Below, in pieces: positions 51,076 through 64,000 of a stretch of DNA of 64,000 bases (its first letter is position 1; each line of letters opens with the position of its first letter). The notes beneath the pieces are model-generated. The model was not told the origin of the DNA, did no database searches, and worked only from the letters and a program-made list of their open reading frames with translations. The translations under genes were made by a program, and so were the position numbers. Source of the DNA: the human T2T-CHM13v2.0 reference genome, Homo sapiens; the NCBI GenBank assembly GCA_009914755.4, contig CP068257.2, positions 36,480,001-36,544,000 of the forward strand, in the 5' to 3' direction.

Positions 51076-53040
51076 TGACATTCCAGTGTCCACCTGGCTA
51101 GAACAGAAAAAGGAAAAAAAAAAAAAAAGAACATTGACTCATTCCCAGGGCATCTTCCTACACTTAGATTCTGAAAGATAGTATTCTTTCCATCACTCCT
51201 TTCCTTTCTACTCTTAGCACAAATATCCTTAAACAGAATTTTAGAGCCGAAGTCAAAGTCACTTTGTTCCACATACATACCCCAACATCTGCTACTTGTT
51301 CTCTTGATACTTAAATTCACTTAACAGGAGATCTGGCCTTTTTTCCCCAAGCTTTAATTAATGGTTAAATCTTCTGAAAGGCTAGCAGAAGTAATCTGTT
51401 AGTGCAATTGGGTTTCACTCCTAATTCTTAGTGTCATTCTACAGTTCTTTCTCAAGCCGTGACCTGTGATCACCATGATCAGGGATTGGCAAACTACAGC
51501 TCATGGGTCAAACTCAGTGAGCTGCTTGTTTTGTACGAGCTGTGAGTGTCCACAAAAGTTTTATTGAAATATAGCCATGCTTCTTCCTTGTCCCTATTTT
51601 CAAAGACCAGTTTTGTTCTATGACAGCAGAGTTGAGTAGTTGCGACAGAGACTGTATTTCCTGCAAAATCTAAAATATTTACTCTCTGACTCTTTACCAA
51701 AAAAACCCCCAAAAAACAAAAAAAAAATTGCTAACTCCTGGTCTAGGTAGTGTGAGGTTCAGTTTCTGGCTCCAGCACTCACTATTGGGGAGGCATTAAG
51801 CCAGTGCCATTCTCCTAGGAAGTGCTCCACATAGCAGCTATTGGCACACAAGTCATGTGGAGATGGGGAATCCTAAGGAAAAGAACGATCGACTTTGGAT
51901 AAACTTATTGAACTTTTAAATTCTGACAGTATCCTGCTTATATAATTTCTGCACATATGGAATCTGCATCCTGAGTTTTTTTCTATCCAGTTCATGTTTG
52001 TACAAGTATCTTATATGTGCAGATGATGAAACAGTGCCTTTAAGCAAATGCCTTTAAGCAATGCCTTTAAACAATGCCTTGAGCAAAATGATGTATTTGA
52101 GTGAGTTTATTGTCAGTATTACCAAGCACAATGTTTGACTCCTGCTTTGGTAATGTCAGGAAGTGTGGCAGATGGTGGGGAGACAAGAGGAGTCATTCAG
52201 GAAGAAGCCAGGAGCTCCCAGGATAAAAGAAGCAATTAAAATGCAACCCTTGGATGGGCTCAAATGCAGTCTGCCTCCTCTTCCTTATCACGGGCCAGAT
52301 CCAGTCTTTCTTAATTGAAGGGGTCAAGCTAAAGTTCTTATCAACAAAAGTGATGTTGCTTAGGAAAGTCATATTCCTTAGCTAATTTTAGGTGCTGTTT
52401 TGTGCTTCCTGTGTTACCAACCTTCTAAACAGTAAATAAGAGAACATTGCTGTCTATAAAAAAATCTTTTAGTTGTAGTGTCAACTTACAAAAGAATTGA
52501 CAAAAAGGAGTGGAAGTTCTTTTAAGTCCTTGCCAGGCTGCAGAGCAGAGCTAGAAGAACATAAAGTCTTAATCCTTTCCCTGCTCTTTACCTTGGGGGT
52601 GGTGGATGTTTTTCAGGGCTCTGTGGGGGACTGGCGTGGTGTTTGGTCATGCTGACTGGGGAGCCAGATGATCTATCTGAGCTCTGGTGTTGGCTTTGCC
52701 ATGTATTCTGAACCGTCGAATCAACCCCTATTCCAGGATGGTTGATTTTATGTGTCAACTTGGAGACATTTTGGGATGAAATTAACGTTTAAATTGATAC
52801 ACTAAGTAAAGTGCATTGCTCTTCATAATGTGGATGGGCTTCATCTAATCAGTTGAAGGCCTGAGTACAACAAAAAGACCAGCTTCCCCGAGCAAGAGGA
52901 AATTCTTCAGCAATTGCCGTCAAGAGTTCATCTGCACCATTGGCTCTCCTGGGTCTCCAGCCTGCTGGTCCACACTGGGACTTGGACTTGCCAGCCTCAA
53001 TAATCATATGAGCCAATTCTTTATAATAAATTTATTTAAA

Positions 53041-53078
53041 TACACACACACACGCACACACACACACACACACACACA
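53041..53078. repeat. (CA)n microsatellite
   Basis: 'cacacacacacgcacacacacacacacacacacacata'. Confidence 0.9.
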
Positions 53079-53295
53079 TATGCGCATTTGATTTCTCTGG
53101 AGAATCCTGACAAATTTAATTCTATGAATAGAGTAAAAGTCTCTGTTAACTTATAATAAAGTTCCTGTTCATTTTAAAATAAAAAAAGGTACTATTGGCT
53201 CCTGGTTGAGTCCTTGACCATCATATGCACACATGCTTTAACCCCAGACAGACAGCTTCATTCTTCTTTCTTGCACAGGCAAAACGGCTTCTCAT

Positions 53296-53545
53296 CTTTG
53301 GAGTAGTCGAGAGTCTAGGTGCTGGATCCAGACTCCCTAGGTTCAAATCCGAGCTCTATCACTTGGTAGCTTTGTGACCTTGGGTAAACCACTTACTTAC
53401 TCTAGGCCTCAATTCCCTCATCTGTAAAATGGCAAAATAAGAATACTCACCACATAGGATTATTGTGAAAAGTAATGACTTAATGCAAGTAAAGCGCTTA
53501 ACAAATTATCTGGCACTCAGTAAATGCTTGTCCCACTTAGAATAG
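53296..53545 (+). mobile_element. MIR SINE (near full length)
   Basis: 'gtgctggatccagactccctaggttcaaatccgagctctatcacttggtagctttgtgaccttgggtaaaccacttacttactctaggcctcaattccctcatctgtaaaatggcaaaataagaatactcaccacataggattattgtgaaaagtaatgacttaatgcaagtaaagcgcttaacaaattatctggcactcagtaaatgcttg' is collinear with the MIR consensus '…ggactctggagccagactgcctgggttcgaatcccggctctgccacttactagctgtgtgaccttgggcaagttacttaacctctctgtgcctcagtttcctcatctgtaaaatgggg…'. Confidence 0.75.
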
Positions 53546-56500
53546 ACCTGGTTTGTCTGCAGTGATGAAACATCAGTCTGCTGAGAACTTGGCTAGAAAT
53601 GCTTAAGTAGTTGAGTGGAGCCTTAAAAGAAGCAAGTAAAAAAAAAAAATTCTGCTATGTGCCTGAAGGAGGGAGAAATGAAATCCTTGGCAAATAGAAT
53701 GAATAATTTCCCCAGTTACTATTATTAATATGTATTATGTGGCTAGCTTCACCTTGTTTTCTTGCTCAGGGAAAATAATTTCTTTGAATATTAGATTGAT
53801 GCTTCTATCAAAAAGCATCTTCTCTGTCCTGTTTAACAGAGAAAACATGGTTCCCCTCCTCCAGTAGTTAAAGCCCTGAGCTGTGTCCTCCAGTGCCCAA
53901 GCAGATAGCATTTAGTATCTTGGGCTGTTATCAAGGAGCTTCTTTATAGAAGGAATTACACCTTCGGTGGTTGGGGGTGGGGGAAATAGTTAAAATGCAA
54001 ATGTATCAGTATTTACTAGCTTTTGGAGCTCACGTCTCGCGCATTTCATTCTGAACTTTTTGCTCAATGCCTCTGAAATCACCCTTGCTAATTTAGGCCC
54101 CTCGGAAATAATTCCACCAAGGCAGAAAATTGGCAACCAAAGAAGTTTCACTGGCCTTTAGATCATTTTCTTTCTTAACTTGTAATTTTCCGTTGCTTTC
54201 TGTTCTCCATTAACTTTTCATTTGTCCATTATATTACATGTGTAGTGGCAACCTTGATTTTGATACATGATGTATATTCACTGAGCAAGGGGGTTGATCC
54301 ATTATGTGGACCCCTTCTGGGAATATGTGGACTGTGTCTATCAATTTAAGAATGTTATATATGGAAACATAATGAGTATTATAAATAAGTTTTAAAAACC
54401 TATGCACACAGATAATGAACTTCAGGGACATTTTAAATGAATTTTCCTTGTTTTTAGCTGAATACCCAATAAGAGTCTAGGTATATTATAGGTGAGTGAT
54501 CTGTGCCCTTGATAACCTTGAAATTTGGAATTTTTGTACTGAATAAGATTCATGCTAAGCATTTAAGGGCAGTCTGTTGGATTCATGGCAAGTGTTATCT
54601 ATTGGATTCATAAGATGGATCTTGGAGAACTTTTTATAAATAGATAATCCCATGTGCTATACCTGTGAGATTCCTAGAGCATAGAGATAATCGCTCTTTC
54701 ACCATTGCCATTTATAAATGTGAAAAAAGTCTGAAAACTCAGTGAGGAGCCTTAAAGAATGTCTAGGCACCCAACTCTTGATGCATACAAGCTACCCAGT
54801 GTAAGAATGTGCATCTTATGAATACTGAATATTCAGCATTGGTTGAAAGGTGTGTGGGATAATCGTGTGATAGTGGGAGGAGGATGGCCTTTATTATTTG
54901 TAAATATGATATTTAATGCAACCCAAGTTTTAATTTTAAGCCATTTCTCATTAGTGCATCTTCATATGAAATTTGAATAGTATGAAATCAATTATGCAGA
55001 GGAAAAGTACTTGACTATTGATAGGAAGAAGGAATGCTGTATTAGGAGTCAGGAGACATAGCTCAGTACTTACTCAATCTGTGACTTTCAACAAACAATT
55101 GTTCCCCTCTAAGCCTCAGTCTCCTGAGTTGTAAAATGAAAGAATGACACTGGATCCTGTTTCTAGGTTCCTTTGCACTTTCAAAATCTTTAAGAATCTT
55201 TTGTTGTTGTTGACAAAAGGATTTAAAGAGTAGGGACAAGTGACCATCCATAAGTGATGAAAAGAAAAGTTAACCTAAGAGATACATAAAGTGGGGAAGC
55301 AGCAGAGTTACAGTTGGAGAAACCAGGGAGTGAAGTCGAGGTGTGCCACATTCCCTCTAGATGACTCTTGAAGGGTTGGGTTTCTCTTCTGTAAAACAGA
55401 GACCATAGCTCAGAGGTTTGTTATAAGGATTAAATGAGATAATGCATAAAACATGCTTCCAGGAATAAAGAATCATGGAAGTGAATAAGGAAGAAAGGAG
55501 ATGGAGGAAGAGGAGGAAGAGAAAATGACTTAGAAAATGTGTGATTAACTAAGTAATTAATCCTTCTAAAACTTTCACATTCAGCCAAAGCACATTTGTG
55601 CATACAACTCTCATTTGTCTACCTTGGAATAATCAATTTTGTGAGTTATTCACAGAAGATGAGTGAACTCAGCCAGGTTTTCTAATACTCTGCTACCTTC
55701 TTGTTCACCTATTTTCTGACTAGGAGGCATGTAACTCAAGTTTTCATCAGCCTAAGCCCAACCACATTTTGGAGACATGTCTGCATCACAAATTATCTTG
55801 GGCTTTCAAAAATCAAAAATAAACCACTTTACCAAAAATCAATCCCACTCCATCACTTTGGTTTCTCTGTGCCTTGTGCGCCATTATTGGCATGAGGAGT
55901 TGTGAGCTAACCGTGCCACATTTTCAGGAGCCTTTGTGCCATCCTGTTTCAGCCCTTGACAGGTGCTCCTGCGGGGTTCTCAAGCTTTCCTTTTGATTTC
56001 CCCAGGATATTATCATTGTGGCTGGTCAAGGGAGGGGACATCCTGAGAAAATCAGCCAACAGTTCCTCCTGGAAAATCCAAGCTCTCTGATTAGAGGGGC
56101 AAGAAATCCAACTGATATGTATTTAAGCACTTTTATAGAATTCCCGCTATGTGCCAGCTGCACATAGTTCCTAGGTAATAGGATGCAGCAGCCAACTAGC
56201 TGACCAAGTCCTCTTGAAGCTAACATTTTAGTGGAGAATGTAGATAACCCCTCAAAAAATTAATAAAGAAGAAATAAAATTTTTGATAATGGGATGTATT
56301 ATGAAGAAAAATAAAAGCAGGGGAAGGGGCAGTGAAAGTGATGGGGTGGTCTGGAAAGGTCGATCTGAGGAGGTGATTTTTGAGATCTGAATGCAGTGGG
56401 AGAACAAGCCATGGGGAGGAATAGAGAAAAAGCAATGGAGGCACAGAAAATATTAAATACACAGTGGGTGGAAACAAACAATTAACTTGGCCAGTGCAGC

Positions 56501-57710
56501 TGGAACAGGGTAATGGTTGAAGGACGGAGCCCATTCAGGTAGGCAAAGGTTGGAGTTTCAAGACCTTGTCAGCTAAAGTAAGGGGTTTGGATCTTATCAG
56601 AATTGAGATGGTAATCTATTGAATGGTTTTGAGTTGGAGAATGATGCAACTTATTTGCATATTAAAAAGATTACTCTGACTAACATATTGATAACAGACT
56701 GTCATGAGACCAGAGTGGAAGCTGGTTAGTAGATGACTGAAACTGTTTAGGAGAGAGAAGACCGTGCATTTCACTAGAGTAGTTATAGCAGGGGTAGTGT
56801 AGAATAATGGGATTCAGTACATATTTTGGAGAAAAATCCAGCCTGACTTTTCGCTGTGTTTATGTGGGACGTAAAGGGAAAGAAGGAGTCAAGGATAACT
56901 GCTAGGTTTCTGTTTTTAGCGACTGGGTAAATGGTGGTGGTGTTAACTGAGGAGATGAGGTGCTGTATCAGTGAGGACTCATGCAGGAAAAAAGGAACCA
57001 CTCCAGGTGTATTAAGTATGAAGTGGTTTAATAAAGGGAATCGAGTGCTTTCAAAAGCATTGGATTAGCTGAGGAAACACAAGTTAGAGAAGGTGCCCGG
57101 TAGTATTTAGTTCTGCTGTCACTGCTTGGGCCAGTGAATTCAGAAGTTGTTGCTACCACTCAGATGAGGAAAGTAAAGGAAAACTAGTGCTGCCCTACAG
57201 CACTGAGAAGAGTAACTGGAATGGATCACCCAGAAGCCACCGCAAAAACTCTTGTCTGCCAAAGCTTTCGTGTCCTACATTGATGCATGGGGAAGAAGAG
57301 TATGTTCTGTGCTCTTTCATCTTTGAAATCTCTCACTAGTGCACCTCATTAGCAGAATATCGCTGCAACCAGAAACTGAAAGGCAGAAGAATCTGACAGA
57401 TAAAGTTTCCAGCCTTTCAGCTGGCATTGCAAAAGAAAGCATATAACACAGGACAGAGGAGAGCAATAGAATCTTGTAGGCTAAGGGACAGATAATAAAA
57501 TATTTGTATTGTTATGTCATAAATCTGTGTGTCTATCGGACATCCAAGCAGAAGTGTCAAGTAGGAAGTAGAATACACAAGTCCAGGAATCATGGGAAAG
57601 GTCAAGGATGGAAATATAAATTGGGGAGCCATTAGAACATAAATGGTAATTAAAGGCATGCAAGTGGAGAGTATTACCTAAGGAGTAAGTGTAGATAGAG
57701 AAAGGTCTTA

Positions 57711-58144
<434 letters not shown>

Positions 58145-58272
58145 TCAAGACTACAAGAGGGCTTAGAGGTCAGGAAGAAGAGGAGATGCCAGTCAATGCG
58201 ACTGACAAGGTGGGAGAGCAATCTACAGAGTATGGTCCTCTGAAAGTCAAATGTCAAATACTGATGAGAGTT

Positions 58273-58457
58273 ATGTTTTGTTTTGCTTTTGTTTTTGCTT
58301 TTGTTTTTGTTTTGAGACAGTCTCTTTCTGTCACCTAGGCTGGAGTGCAGTGGTTCAATCACGGATCACTGCAGCCTCCACCTCCCAGTTCAAGAAATTC
58401 TCATGTCTCAGCCTCCTGAGCAGCTAGGATTACAGGTATGTTCCACCGTGCCTGGCC
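58273..58457 (-). mobile_element. 5'-truncated Alu (right arm only), antisense, with a (GTTTT)n-expanded tail and an 11-bp target-site duplication
   Basis: A (gtttt/gcttt)n tail at 58273-58313, then 'gagacagtctctttctgtcacctaggctggagtgcagtggttcaatcacggatcactgcagcctccacctcccagttcaagaaattctcatgtctcagcctcctgagcagctaggattacaggtatgttccaccgtgcctggcc'. Flanked by 'tgatgagagtt' at 58262-58272 and 58458-58468. Confidence 0.8.
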
Positions 58458-58495
58458 TGATGAGAGTTTTTGTTTTTTAAATTAAATTAAATTAA

Positions 58496-59255
58496 ATTTT
58501 ACGTTCTGGGATACATGTGCAGGAAGTGCGGGTTTGTTACATAGGTAAACGTGTGCCATGGTGGTTTGCTACACCTATCAACCCATCACCTAGGGATTAA
58601 GCCCAGCATGCATTAGCTATTTATCCTGATGCTCTCCCTCGTTTCAGCCCCTCGCTGACAGACCCCAGTGTGTGTTGTTCCCCTCCCTGCATCCATGTAT
58701 TCTCATTGTTTAGCTGCCACTTGTAAGTGAGAACATATGGTGTTTGGTTTCCTGTTCCTGTATTAGTTTGCTGAGGATGATGGTGTCCAGCTCCATCCAT
58801 GTCCCTGCAAGGGACATGATCTCGTTCCTTTATATGGCTTCATAATATTCCATGGTGTATATGTACCACACTTTCTTTATCCAGTCTATCACTGATGGGC
58901 ATTTGGGTTGATTCCATGTCTTTGCTATTGTGAATAGTGCTGCAGTGAACATACGCATGCATGTATCTTTATAATAGAATAATTTCTATTCCTTTGGGTA
59001 TATACTCAGTAATGGGATTGCTGGGTCAAATGGTATCTCTGGTTCTAGTTCTTGGAGGAATTGCCACACTGTCTTCCACAATGGTTGAACTGATTTACAT
59101 TCCCACCAACAGTGTAAAAGCATTCCTGTTTCTCCACAGCCTTGCCAGCATCTGTTGTTTCTTGACTTTTTAATAATCGCCATTCTGACTGGCGTGAGAT
59201 GGTATCTCATTGTGGTTTTGATTTGCATGTCTCTAATGCTCAGTGATGAGAGTTT
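58496..59255 (-). mobile_element. L1 3' end (L1PA/L1PB-like), antisense: 3' UTR plus ORF2 C-terminus
   Basis: Reverse complement of the L1 3' region: 'gggatacatgtgcaggaagtgcgggtttgttacataggtaaacgtgtgccatggtggtttgc…gtgagaacatatggtgtttggtttcctgttcctgtattagtttgctgaggatgatggtgtccagctccatccatgtccctgcaagggacatgatctcgttcctttatatggcttcataatattccatggtgtatatgtaccacactttctttatccagtctatcactgatgggcatttgggttgattccatgtctttgctattgtgaatagtgctgcagtgaacatacgcatgcatgtatctttataatagaataatttctattcctttgggtatatactcagtaatgggattgctgggtcaaatggtatctctggttctagttcttggaggaattgccacactgtcttccacaatggttgaactgatttacattcccaccaacagtgtaaaagcattcctgtttctccacagccttgccagcatctgttgtttcttgactttttaataatcgccattctgactggcgtgagatggtatctcattgtggttttgatttgcat'. 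The - ORF at 58986-59408 reads '…[54 protein letters not shown]', which is the ORF2 C-terminus. A (TTTAA)n/T-rich tail complement lies at 58462-58495. Confidence 0.8.
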
Positions 59256-60197
59256 TAAGAAGATGGAGTATGAGAGTTCAACACTGTATTTGGCCAGATG
59301 GAAGCCGTAGGAAACCTTAAGCAGAGTAGTCTTCAAAATCTTGAATGAAGTGGATGGAGGTGGGGATAGAGAATGTGCAGTGAGCAAATAAAGAGAGAAT
59401 TTACACAATTCTTTGGACTCATTGTGATGTAATATAAAGAGAGCAGAAAAAAAGAGCAGCAGTTGGAAATGATGTAGAATCTGGGGAGAGACCTTTTAAA
59501 GAAAGGTGATATCAAGGCTTGTTTGTGGACTGAGAATGATGTGTGATCTTGGAAGTCAGCTTGAGAATGGAGCAGTCAAGACACAAATTGGTTGGCAGGT
59601 CATGATCAGCATGAGAGGAATCTCTATCCTGCTTCCAGGCTATCCTTGGCACTGTGATTTTTAATAAAATAATGCACTGACTTTGCATTCAAAGAAATTA
59701 CTGGACAGTCAAAATATACACACATATGCAAAAATTGAGGAGCAATTTCCCATAAGATGTAAGCAAGAGTAATAGTTATTTTGTGTTATTTCTGTAAGTG
59801 TTAGTGGCAGTAAGTAAAGAATGAATTGTAAAATTGTGACAGGGAAGGTAGAGGAGTGCTTTTTGAAACCTATTTTCCATTAGATCTTAAAGAAAGTTGA
59901 GAACATAAATTTGTGGAGAAGTGAGGGTGAAGATTCTTAAGGGAGGCAGAAGCAAGATTTAATAACAATGCAGAACAAGGAATCAGCAAAACCTGTTGAA
60001 AACGTCAGAAAACTTAGGGGAAGCTGGAGCAGAGGGTTAGAGTTGGGAGACCTGAGTGAGGGTCTTGGCTTTCACTCAGTGTGCAGTCAGGATCCACCTA
60101 ATGTGGAATAACCATGGGGTTCTGGAATGGGCTGAGACAGTGACATATTTGCCCATATTAGTGGATCCATGAATCATTTTCTACAAAGTCTTCTTGT

Positions 60198-60296
60198 TTT
60201 GTTTTTCAGACAAACCTTGGAAATCAAGAAAGTTCTGGAATGATGAAGCTGTTCATGCCAAGACCGAAAGTGCTGGCCCAGTATGAGTCCATTCAG
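60198..60296 (+). other. Candidate 3'-terminal exon (splice acceptor plus short ORF to TGA) with a downstream poly-A signal
   Basis: A polypyrimidine tract plus AG, 'tcttcttgttttgtttttcag', ends at 60207. The frame from 60208 reads TNLGNQESSGMMKLFMPRPKVLAQYESIQFMP* (TGA at 60304-60306). An AATAAA lies within 'gtcattaataaaaattc' about 90 bp downstream, at about 60394-60399. I could not recognise a gene. Confidence 0.25.
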
Positions 60297-63200
60297 TTCA
60301 TGCCGTGACAATTTTCTTGGAACTCCTTTTTATTGTTAGTTCTCACTTGTTTCCATATTTAGTGAATGTACATTTAATTGCAAAGCTGTCATTAATAAAA
60401 ATTCTTATAGTACCTCACTGCACAAACATCTTTCCTGTGTGCTAGGCATTTCCAAAAGCAGAATCATTCTGTATCTGATTTGCATCATCTTATTTAAACC
60501 AAGACAGTATTGGCCATACTGTCTACCAAAACAGGCTGTAAGAAATTACAATAATTTTTGCAGCTATAGGGTAACAATCTATCTCTTATGGGTTTCCAGA
60601 AAGTGTTCTGCTCTATATGATTTTAAGAAAACTGGGACATTGGTGGGAGGATAGTAGTTGGGAAATGCTTCTAGGATTAAGAGGATTGAAGTTGAGACTG
60701 GAGGTAAGCTTAAAGGAATGGCTGAAGTATCCCATCAAGACATCATAGTGTCATTATAATGACCATGTTCTCTTGTGAATCCTCACCAATGGTATAGAAT
60801 CCTTTGATTTCAATTTCTACCACTCTGGGAAACCCCTAGGCTTGTGCTCCTGGTACATCAGCCCATTTCATGGTACGTTGAAGCATGCCTCCCTGTGGGA
60901 TTGCTGGATTCCCAGCCCAGTGAGGTAATGACCAAGCAGCGTCTTCAGAGGAAGGATAGCTGTACAGCGTGGTGAAGGACTCAATGAGAAGGTAATTGAT
61001 GCTTCACCTTTTCTTATTTTCTGTAAAGTAGGGGAATATGAGTCCTCCACTGTGTGCTTTTTTGTTTGTTTGTTTGCAAGCAATCAAAATTCTTTAAGCT
61101 TCTTGGAGGATGGGATTTTCTAGAAACTGAAATTTTTAGGGGTGGTTGGGGTCTAAGCAATCCAGAGAAATATGAATGCAACCTCAGGGGAAAAGATGAA
61201 AGGTGCTAAGGAGGAGGCAGAATAGTCCTATAAAGAAAAGGCACACACATACATGCACACACACACTGAGACTCACACGTATCTTGTTAAAAACATTACA
61301 GCAAACTGGAGTTCTTAAATCCCCAGTGCATAGAGCTTTGGGAGGGTAATTCTGTTAACTTAAAGGGTAGTCCTCTGTAATGAATGCAGTTCTTGTGCAT
61401 ACTCAGCTACTGTGCTCTAATAATGTCTTACTGAGCTTGAGGATCTGTCAGGCAAAATATGCTGATCTTCTGTACCCTGGGAACTTTCTCCAAGTGAGGT
61501 CACACTGCTGCCCAGCTCAGTTCTAGGACCGCTCTGGTGATGCGATTTTATTCCATGTCCGGCGATTTAGAAAACACAGAGTTTTGAGTTTGGGTTCCTT
61601 CTAATGAATCCATTAGTGGTTGTGGTGGGTTTCATTGATTTCTTCCTGATGATTTGTCTTCTCTTTAAAACTGGTGCTATTTGTGGTTTAGTGATATGTA
61701 CTTGTAAGGATTTGGGTCTGATGTTTGGTCCATCAGCCAGATCATCTGTAGTTTGGGATTCTTGGTAATCTAAGACCCAATGTCTGACCCCTTCTGACCT
61801 CATTCTGTACATGCTGTTTAGTTACAGTATGAGCTTGTTCCTTAAACGTTCCAACAGCCACTGGGCTTTCAACAAATGTAACTGAATGAAAGACAAATCT
61901 TTCCTGTGCAGATTTGCCTGTCTAAAACACAGAGTTAAAAACACCTCTCATTACCTCCTTATAATTATATGCTTGGCCTCCTTTGAAGCCAAGGTATGGC
62001 TTTTCAAGCCAGTTGCCCTGTGACGTGAGAGGGCAGCACCTTTCTGAAGACGGTTCTCACTACTGCTACACCTTGTGCTGCTGAAAGCAGCAGGAGCTCT
62101 GCAGGTGAATGTGATTTCTCTGTAGCTGCCCAAGGCAGGGCCCTGTATCCTATGGTTGCTCAGGGGGACTCTTGGGCAGAAGATGCCTGCAGATCAGCTT
62201 TGTAGTGACCTCCACCATCCTGGTCTCAGCCATTTTTCCTTGGCACCATCCAGGCCGAGCTTATTGCAGCGAGGACCAAGATGTCCTCATCCTCAAGCAT
62301 GCCTCATGCAAATAGAGTGAAGCCGGCTCATTTCCAGCATTTTCTTTCTGACATTAAATGTTTTTCTGGCAGTAGGTTTAATATTACTCTAGGCAAAACC
62401 CTAGGGTTTTACACAAATCATTTATCATTTGGACGTAATTCTCACTATTTAAGCACCTCCAGTTTCTACGTTATTGAATGAGACACTGTGGCCCTCACCC
62501 TTCCATCAGGATGGATTGGGTGAAGGGTCTTATCTAAAATTCCCAGTGTGCTCTAATTGTCAATCAACAATTCAAATTAAACAAGTGACCTCCACTACCT
62601 ACAGGATAGACTTGGTGCAAGTCTAGTTTTAGTGTGAAAAGCAATTTCCATATAGACATAGACCATAAAGGGGGGCTCCTGTAAGGGTCTGAACAATAGG
62701 TCATTGTATGTGACTAGAAAAGTGGGGAGAAAAAAACAGAGAAATCTCCCTACGGGTGCAGCGTTTTTGGTTTTATAGAAAGAGAGAAAAACAACTCTTT
62801 TTGAATCAAATCATCAGGCACAAAAAACAAATGCTGCCAGAGTAATTATCCCTGGAAAAACTCAGTCCTGAGGGCTCTCCACGCCATAGGCTTCCTGATG
62901 CCACCTGCAGCTCATCCCAAGAAAGGGTTGGAGATGCATCAGCAGCCTTCGGCAAAGGGGAAACACCGTGCAGCAGGGCTGACTTGGCAAAGAGGCACCC
63001 CCAGAGGAATGCGAGGTGCAGCTTCTCTCCCTTTCCTTCTTGCCATGTGCTGAGAGCCCATGACCCCAGGATCTTTCTGCAGTCCTTCCCCTCAGGTTGC
63101 TTAGACAAGGAACTTAACTGCACTTCAACTACTGAACAGTAGAATGGGGTCCTAATTGTAACCCTGTCATGGATTTTGAAGGATTTAATGAGACAATCAA

Positions 63201-64000
63201 TGGGAAATGCTTGGCACACAGTATGCCCCCAAGTCAGTGAAGTTGCTTCCATTCCCAACCTCGGTCTTCAGTCCCTGGTCATCTCACAAGCAACTAAGGA
63301 CTCAACATTAATTCAAGGGACAGATCTGATTGGAGGGGCCTCCAAAATGAGGGAAGGTCCTCTCGGCCACTAGGGGGCACTAACTACATGGAAAACAAGC
63401 ACTGAATTTCAGGGACTTGCTCCACTGCCCTGCAATGTAAATCCTGTAACTCATTTAATTTTCTTGGAGCAAAGTTTGGGAATGGTTGATACAGATGGTG
63501 CTATTTCTGCTTGGGAAGGTGGTTACACTTACATGTCAAATGAAGAAACTTTTCTTAGCTCCTCCCTGTGACTCACCAGCTCCAGCTATTATGAACTCAT
63601 ACTTTAAAATATTTTTTTCTATTCAGCCCCATTTACTTTCAGTCCTCTTTCTTCTGTATTCTCCAATTCCTGGAAAAATAGACAATATCCTTAGTTGTGT
63701 GGAAGAGGAAGAAGAGTTATGTAGAAGAAAGAAGCATCCTTACTGTAAAATGTTTCTGACTTTTTGAGCCAACCACGTCTGGATCAGATGTTTCCATCTA
63801 GAGTCATACCTTTTCATAGCCTTTTAAACCTGGCTCATGAGAGGAAAGAGAGAGTGCAATGTCCCTGAGATATCTAGGAAACCATGGAGAATTTCTTATC
63901 AGAATTAACCCCTATTGTTTTGAAAGTAACTAGATCCTAGGAAGCATGAGATGCCACGGGCTTCCCAGAACCCATAGCAGGTGAGAAAGAACTGGAATAC

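Noticed and set aside
62806-63258. A 150-aa - strand ORF (MGMEATSLTWGHTVCQAF…)
   Set aside because: There is no recognisable domain or motif and no splice or promoter context. It has an average chance-ORF length for 50% GC human DNA. Only a database search could rescue it.

Overview
This window is primate, most likely human, nuclear genomic DNA from a repeat-dense, gene-poor intergenic or intronic region. It does not contain a prokaryotic gene system. No frame holds a long ORF: the longest is 184 aa and is an artefact of a triplet-based minisatellite. I see no operon-like gene order, no CRISPR array, and no tRNA, rRNA or ncRNA gene I can recognise. Interspersed repeats explain most of the window.

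The repeat content is:
- 17 Alu elements: 11 full-length or nearly so and 6 fragments (right-arm, 3'-half, left-arm or FLAM-like). They include AluY-type copies, and several have target-site duplications readable in the sequence.
- Many old L1 (L1M/L1P-type) fragments on both strands. They are recognisable from antisense ORF1, ORF2 reverse-transcriptase and C-terminal translations and from the 3'-UTR ends.
- MaLR solo LTRs (MLT1, MST and THE1 types).
- MIR fragments.
- A palindromic non-autonomous DNA transposon that a THE1 LTR has split.
- An unnamed ~450-bp dispersed repeat present four times, all on the + strand.
- Microsatellites: (CA)n, (TA)n, (CCTT)n, (GTTTT)n and poly-A.

The features most worth a second look are:
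1. An internally deleted gamma-retrovirus-like ERV, about 2.7 kb. It has two about 450-bp LTR copies, a PBS-like TGGTGG site, a long leader and a Gag/MA remnant beginning 'MGQ…ILKHWD…KRKHRIFLCNTAWP'. An AluY sits inside the upstream LTR.
2. A ~500-bp ACT/ATT/ACC triplet minisatellite, with a short inverted copy of the same motif 0.7 kb downstream.
3. A CpG-enriched block of about 550 bp between two Alus, carrying octamer, CCAAT and TGACGT motifs.
4. A possible terminal exon: polypyrimidine tract plus AG acceptor, a short ORF ending in TGA, and an AATAAA about 90 bp downstream.

Repeat-family names were assigned by recall of consensus sequences. Coordinates of the old L1 fragments are approximate.
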